This document shows, piece by piece, positions 58,786 to 64,000 of a DNA stretch of 64,000 nucleotides. The notes beneath the pieces are model-generated. The model saw only the letters and a list, made by a program, of their open reading frames with translations. It did not search any database and had not been told where the DNA came from. The stretch lies in NCBI GenBank assembly GCA_964016885.1, contig OZ024747.1, positions 16,492,001-16,556,000 on the forward strand. The letters are read 5' to 3'. The position numbers and the translations under genes are program-made. Source of the DNA: Eledone cirrhosa (lineage: Eukaryota). The stretch's first letter is position 1. Every line of letters starts with the position of its first letter.

Positions 58786-61339
58786 TTCTTCCGGACTAGT
58801 TACTCATATATCTCGAATTTCATGTTTATCATAGTTTCAAGAAAAAGATATCACCAACAGCAGCAATTGTAATTACTGACAAATATGTGTTCAGATTTTC
58901 TATATAACATTGAATAGATTTATAATGTGTAGCAGCGAAATATTATATGATGGAAGTAAAGTATGTGTAGTAATAATTTTCTCTCTTCGACTGTTTTCTT
59001 CTTCATTTAATCCTTTTGTTGTATTTACGTAAAAATGTATGTCGTTGCACTGAGTAAAGCTCAACACAAAGCAATCAGTAGAAGCAATATAAGTTTATTT
59101 AATACTATCTACAGCTACAATGGTAAGTATTGGTACATCTTAAACATAAAATGATTATAACGGCACCTATCAACGGGTGTAAAAACATCTACAAAAATAG
59201 CAATAGTAAAATAGCATCCAAAACACGAATAAAAGAAATGCCACAGCGAGAGAGAAAGAAAAATCAGCAGAAGAAATGATAACAATGTATTTTATAAGGA
59301 AAACAGATGTACAATTATTAGTATCGAAAACACCACAAAACAATAGAAACAGTATTAGGTACGTCAACACCAACAACTATAGGGTGTATTCTATGATGTA
59401 AACAGAAGCATTGGTGAATGTTTCAATAACTAAATAAAATATGACTTAGTGCGGAAAGTTTACTCTTTGCCTCATCAAAGAAAGAAGGCAAACTACGAAT
59501 TATAGAGGACTAGTAGAGTTATCCGTTTTGCCTGGTAATTTTCACCACAGAATACTTTTCTTTCAATTTGTTTTTATTCCAGATCATGTCTCTGTCTTGT
59601 GCCTTATCTCTCGTAATTTATTCTCCGGGGTCCACCCCATCAATCGTCAGTTATCCACCAATATGGTTTCTATGGTAATTTTCTCAGTGAAACTATATGT
59701 TGAAGTGTGGTATCAGTGGCTTGTTGTCTAGTTTGGCGTGAGCATATTCACATAAACATCGGTTGACCGCTTTGAGGGCAACTCTCGGTCTCATAGCGAA
59801 AGCAATGGCCCCGCCTGACGGAATGCATGAGGCGATCAATAAAGGTCAGACTAGTTATATTGTCACAGTAACAGTAATTGATAGTATTACTGTTTTAATG
59901 TTGTTGTTGTTTTCCTTTATTCTGTTAGGAAGTAGATATCGAAAATAAAATCCGTTTTAACTCTAGGACTCAATGGTTTGGGTCTATTAGGTGATAGACA
60001 CACGTACATACATACAAACATATATACAGGTACACATACGCTTTCAAATATATGGTAGATACCATTGCAAAGCAAGACATCCAGATTTTTCTATCCTAAA
60101 CCATAATGTCTGGGGATTATATTTCGTTATTTGGATAATGAATGCTCACCACTTATTCAACCAGTTCAGAGTTACGTTTCATTTCAGGAACATGATAGAA
60201 AAGAAAGCATAACAAGAGAAATTAAAACAATATAGACTGTTATGGCGATAATCAACTTTCAAAACAACAATAAATTCCAACTTTCTATTCCTGATTTGTT
60301 GTAGAATGTGGTGTTACTGACATTGGCCTGAACAGAATGAATACTTTAGAAATATCAATCGTTATTACAGGCGAATCTATTTTCGATGAACATAAATATA
60401 TATTGCAAGTAATTCTGTTTGAATAGAAAGCTACCAGTGGGCAACAACAATGATATTAACAATGACGACGACTTCGATGATATAAATAACAACATCAACA
60501 GAATACCAATAGATGCATAAACCACTCAAATGAAACATACTAAGTGATAAAATCATAAGAAGAATCAGCAGCTACAACAAAGACAGTAGATACAACAGCT
60601 GTATGGGTGCTAAATATGCAGGCAATATATACCTGATAATTTAAACACGGAGAAAATTAATAAGCAGCACAGTATCTGTGGAAAATGTAGATTGAGTAAA
60701 ATAGCAGAAACTTATATAGACTTTGGCAGTATTTCTAGAACAAAGCACTTACAAGAATAGCAACATCAATGCTTACGAACCAATGAGTGAACCTATCAGT
60801 TGTATCAGTACTTGCTAAAAGCAGCAACCAAATCTCTTACACATCTTACATATTATCTGATTTACCGAATTAGAAAGTAGTTAATGTATTCACAGAACCC
60901 TATAAAAAGTTACGCTGTGCACCCTAGGATATATTTGATCATATGCTTGCTCAATCAAGATTGATTAAGGGTGAAGCACCCATCCACAAGTCTACAACAT
61001 GCATCTTATTATCTGTAGATAAAATGTAAAATTCTGTAAATGAATTAAATACAATGTTAGGAAACCTTTCTTGATGAGTAGAAAAGAACAATATACATCT
61101 CGGTTTAATATAAGCTGATGTCTGTGTTAGTAAAGGAACCATAAACGTTTATATGTAAACCTCTTGGAAGAATGGATATCATAACACAGGTAAAGGAAAT
61201 AATGAGGTTTTCTTAATTTGATATAATTCCCTTACCAATAAGTAAGTTTGAAAATAAGGACGGTAGTAACTTGAGGCTTAACGTTTTCTTGTACTGCATT
61301 TTATTTTTGCAATTTAGCACAAATCTGACCTCCTTAATT

Positions 61340-61597
61340 TTACAGTGATAATGACCTGTGGGAGACCCAGGGGTAGACTTGTAGAAACGATTGTTGAATA
61401 ACATCCATGAGTTCGGCTGGTGTCGCTTTGGCAATCCTGTCGGATCACGTCGAGACGGGTGCTTCTTACAGGACCGGCTAGAAGGCTTGCTTGATAACTC
61501 TGCCTCCACGACACTCCCGGAGAGAAGAAGAAGAAGAAGAAGAAGAAGAAGAAGAAGAAGAAGAAGAAGAAGAAGAAGAAGAAGAAGAAGAAGAAGA
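61340..61597 (+). mobile_element. Probable LINE (RTE-like) 3' end with (GAA)n tail
   Basis: GC-richer block with a GRPR-like remnant (GGGAGACCCAGG) ending in ~25 GAA units at 61523-61597. Confidence 0.45.
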
Positions 61598-61735
61598 CAA
61601 CTGTCGGTTAAGTAGTTCAAATTAACCGTATTAGAATAGGGGATATTTTGAATATGTCACACCTTTTTATATTATTAAATTGCCTATCATATAAATCAAC
61701 TTAGACATCGTTTTAATAAATAGAAAATAGCTTAC

Positions 61736-61864
61736 TGTATGTGTTTGACCGTCGAGAGCTGGTTCCCGCCATTTTCCTTTGACAATAACATCAGCTGAGT
61801 ATTGTTCCTTGAGGGTGTCAATCTCACCAACTTTAGCAAATTGCACCACTATCTGGACACGAAC
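61736..61864 (-). CDS. Upstream exon of the same pLGIC gene (beta1-beta2, loop D)
   Basis: 129 nt, phase 0, bounded by ttattctag| and |gtaag. Encodes VRVQIVVQFAKVGEIDTLKEQYSADVIVKGKWREPALDGQTHT, matching the pLGIC 'eID..eq.y.ad....W.dP.L' pattern. Splices in frame to 1040-843. Confidence 0.85.
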
Positions 61865-62002
61865 CTAGAATAATGGATAAAAGTAAGAATCAAATGAATT
61901 ATTTAAACATTTTTAATGTTTCAGATATATACTTATATTCTCTATCAAACAAAATAATAGGTTCCTAAAATTATCTCAAATTGCATACACACTTAAATAA
62001 AC

Positions 62003-62160
62003 AATAATTGTTTCTTATTTTGGCGCAAGGCCAGCAAATTTCTCCAGTGTATTACTGGTACTTTATTTTATCGACAAATTTTAACTCAGAATGGCAAGGG
62101 CCGTAACTCAATGCGTAAAAGCATGGCGTCCGACCCTCAATACTGCCAATCCACCGCCCT
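62003..62160 (-). mobile_element. SINE family A copy with internal deletion
   Basis: Head and tail match the family; the central CATCC core is deleted. Confidence 0.8.
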
Positions 62161-62502
62161 TTGTAAATAAACAATAATGATTGCACGTTTTTAAACCTTG
62201 AGTAGATTTTGGTAATGCTTCTCATGAGGAAAGCAATTATATTTTAACATTTAAACGAATAAAATTTTAAGCTCCTTGAAAACAGTAAGAAATGTTAAGG
62301 GTATTTTTATAGTCATCTCAAAATTGCTATGAATCATTTATGTGTAAAGCCTCCTTTTTTCACTCTAAATATTAATATGTATGTTAAATTAACATTTCAA
62401 ACAGAAACCTTTTATTTATTTTATTATTTATTTTATTATTTATTTTATTTTATAATAAAAAAATATTTTTATAATAAAAAATATTTTATAGTAAAAAGTA
62501 AA

Positions 62503-62675
62503 TGGTGGTGGATTGGCAGTATCTGTAGAGGGTTGGACTCCATGATTTGACGCATTCTGAGTTCGAATCCCGCCGAGGTTTACATTGCCTTTCATCCTTG
62601 CGGGGTCGATAAAATAAAGTACCAGTAATGCACTGGGATAATTGCTGGCCTTGTTCCAAAAGTAGAAAGAATTAT
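62503..62675 (+). mobile_element. SINE family A copy
   Basis: GGTGGATTGGCAGTATC..GAGTTCGAATCCCGCC..GCCTTTCATCCTTGCGGGGTCGATAAAATAAAGTACCAG. Confidence 0.88.
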
Positions 62676-64000
62676 TTATTTTATTTTATTATTTACTGAA
62701 AGTTGAATAACCCTATATTCTAAGTTGATATCCTACCAGTCATATTTGTAATTTATGTTGCAAGTGAGAATTTTAAAAAAATGCTCCACTTATAAGTTTA
62801 TCCATAAATGTAAATTTTCCAAAATTACATATTAATGTGAATTGATAGACACACTCCCTTCAATAATCCAAATATTTTACATTTCCCTGTATATTTTCAA
62901 TGTGGAGGCTCTATTGCTTGCTTCGCCAATATACAAATCCTCTTGCTTTAATCGAGCATTGCTAATGGTAGGGATTAGCTAGGACGTATTATATACCCTC
63001 TGATAATATTAAAAATATTTACGCACATTACGTAAATATACAAGAAATTGAGTCAGTTTTCTAAAGTTCAAATTTTACTTCAGGTGGCATTTCCATTTTT
63101 CAGCATTGCATGTATATCTATTTTATCTTATATAAGGGATAAACATAAAGATCATTCATAGTGTGAACATCAAAATATAACTTCTGTTTTAGGTTGCTGT
63201 TGACATATCTTTCGCTTTGGAAATCGTTTGATCTGCAATATCCAACTTTATAATATACGTATTTACTATATTTACTATATTTTCAATTTGTTAATATCAT
63301 TATTATATTTAGTAAATATACAGCAAGTAATTATCTAACTTAGACATCAATTGTCATGCCTTTTTGAACAAGCAAATAAATAGAACAAACTCTTCAACAA
63401 TAAATGTCGAGCCAATCAAAGGAAACGTTTCTGTTATATTCATATTTTATATTTTTGTCTACGTCAGAAATTTCAGCGAAGTTTCATATTCCTTTTTATT
63501 TATTTTTGCACCGTTTATTACTGCAAATTTATCGAATTAAATTGCATAAGTAAGATAAGAAAAAGGAGAAAATAGATAATTAACTTACCATAAATATATT
63601 TGCGCAAAATTCTCAGGGTTTTTGTTTATATTTAAACATAATTCGAGCAACAGAGACTATGCATAGTCTGTAGCTTGTAGACACAACCTTATGTTATTTG
63701 TATTTAATATTTAATTATTTCGGGAGTGGTTTAGGCGGACACGCTATTCGAAATACCATTGTTTGTAAATATGTATTATATTATATTTTCAAACTAATTT
63801 TTGAGTAAGTTGTTTTCCCAAAATACAACGAAATAATAATTGTATTTATCTAATCGGATTACAATTTGAAGTATATATTTTCTCTGCTTTTTTCTATATA
63901 AATACGAAATATAAAAGAATTTAAATGGTCATTTAATGAAAACGATCATGCATGTCTTTCATTGACAGCTTAACAATGATTATTTGCCAGTGTACTGATT

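Noticed and set aside
61391-61615. Poly-Arg/poly-Leu ORFs
   Set aside because: Translations of (GAA)n.

Overview
AT-rich animal genomic DNA dense in (TA)n/(CA)n microsatellites. The SINE and repeat complement resembles a coleoid cephalopod such as octopus (inference only). Nearly all long ORFs in the track are microsatellite artefacts. The only host gene evident is a minus-strand pentameric ligand-gated ion channel (pLGIC). Its two phase-0 exons (61864-61736 and 1040-843) join into a continuous extracellular domain lacking the first Cys-loop cysteine, across a ~60.7 kb intron. The intron holds: (i) a near-complete Penelope-like element (RT + GIY-YIG, ~490-bp inverted terminal repeat, hammerhead ribozyme) with an unexplained ~2 kb extra 3' region; (ii) about ten short Penelope-derived pieces from several families, lodged in (TA)n tracts, carrying type I hammerhead motifs and often folded back into palindromes; (iii) a tandem stack of R4/Dong-like RLE retrotransposons in (TAA)n, one with a pseudoknotted 5' leader; (iv) many tRNA-SINE copies, two foldback elements, a non-autonomous Helitron and RTE fragments. 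All structures were read by eye; no searches or folding were run.
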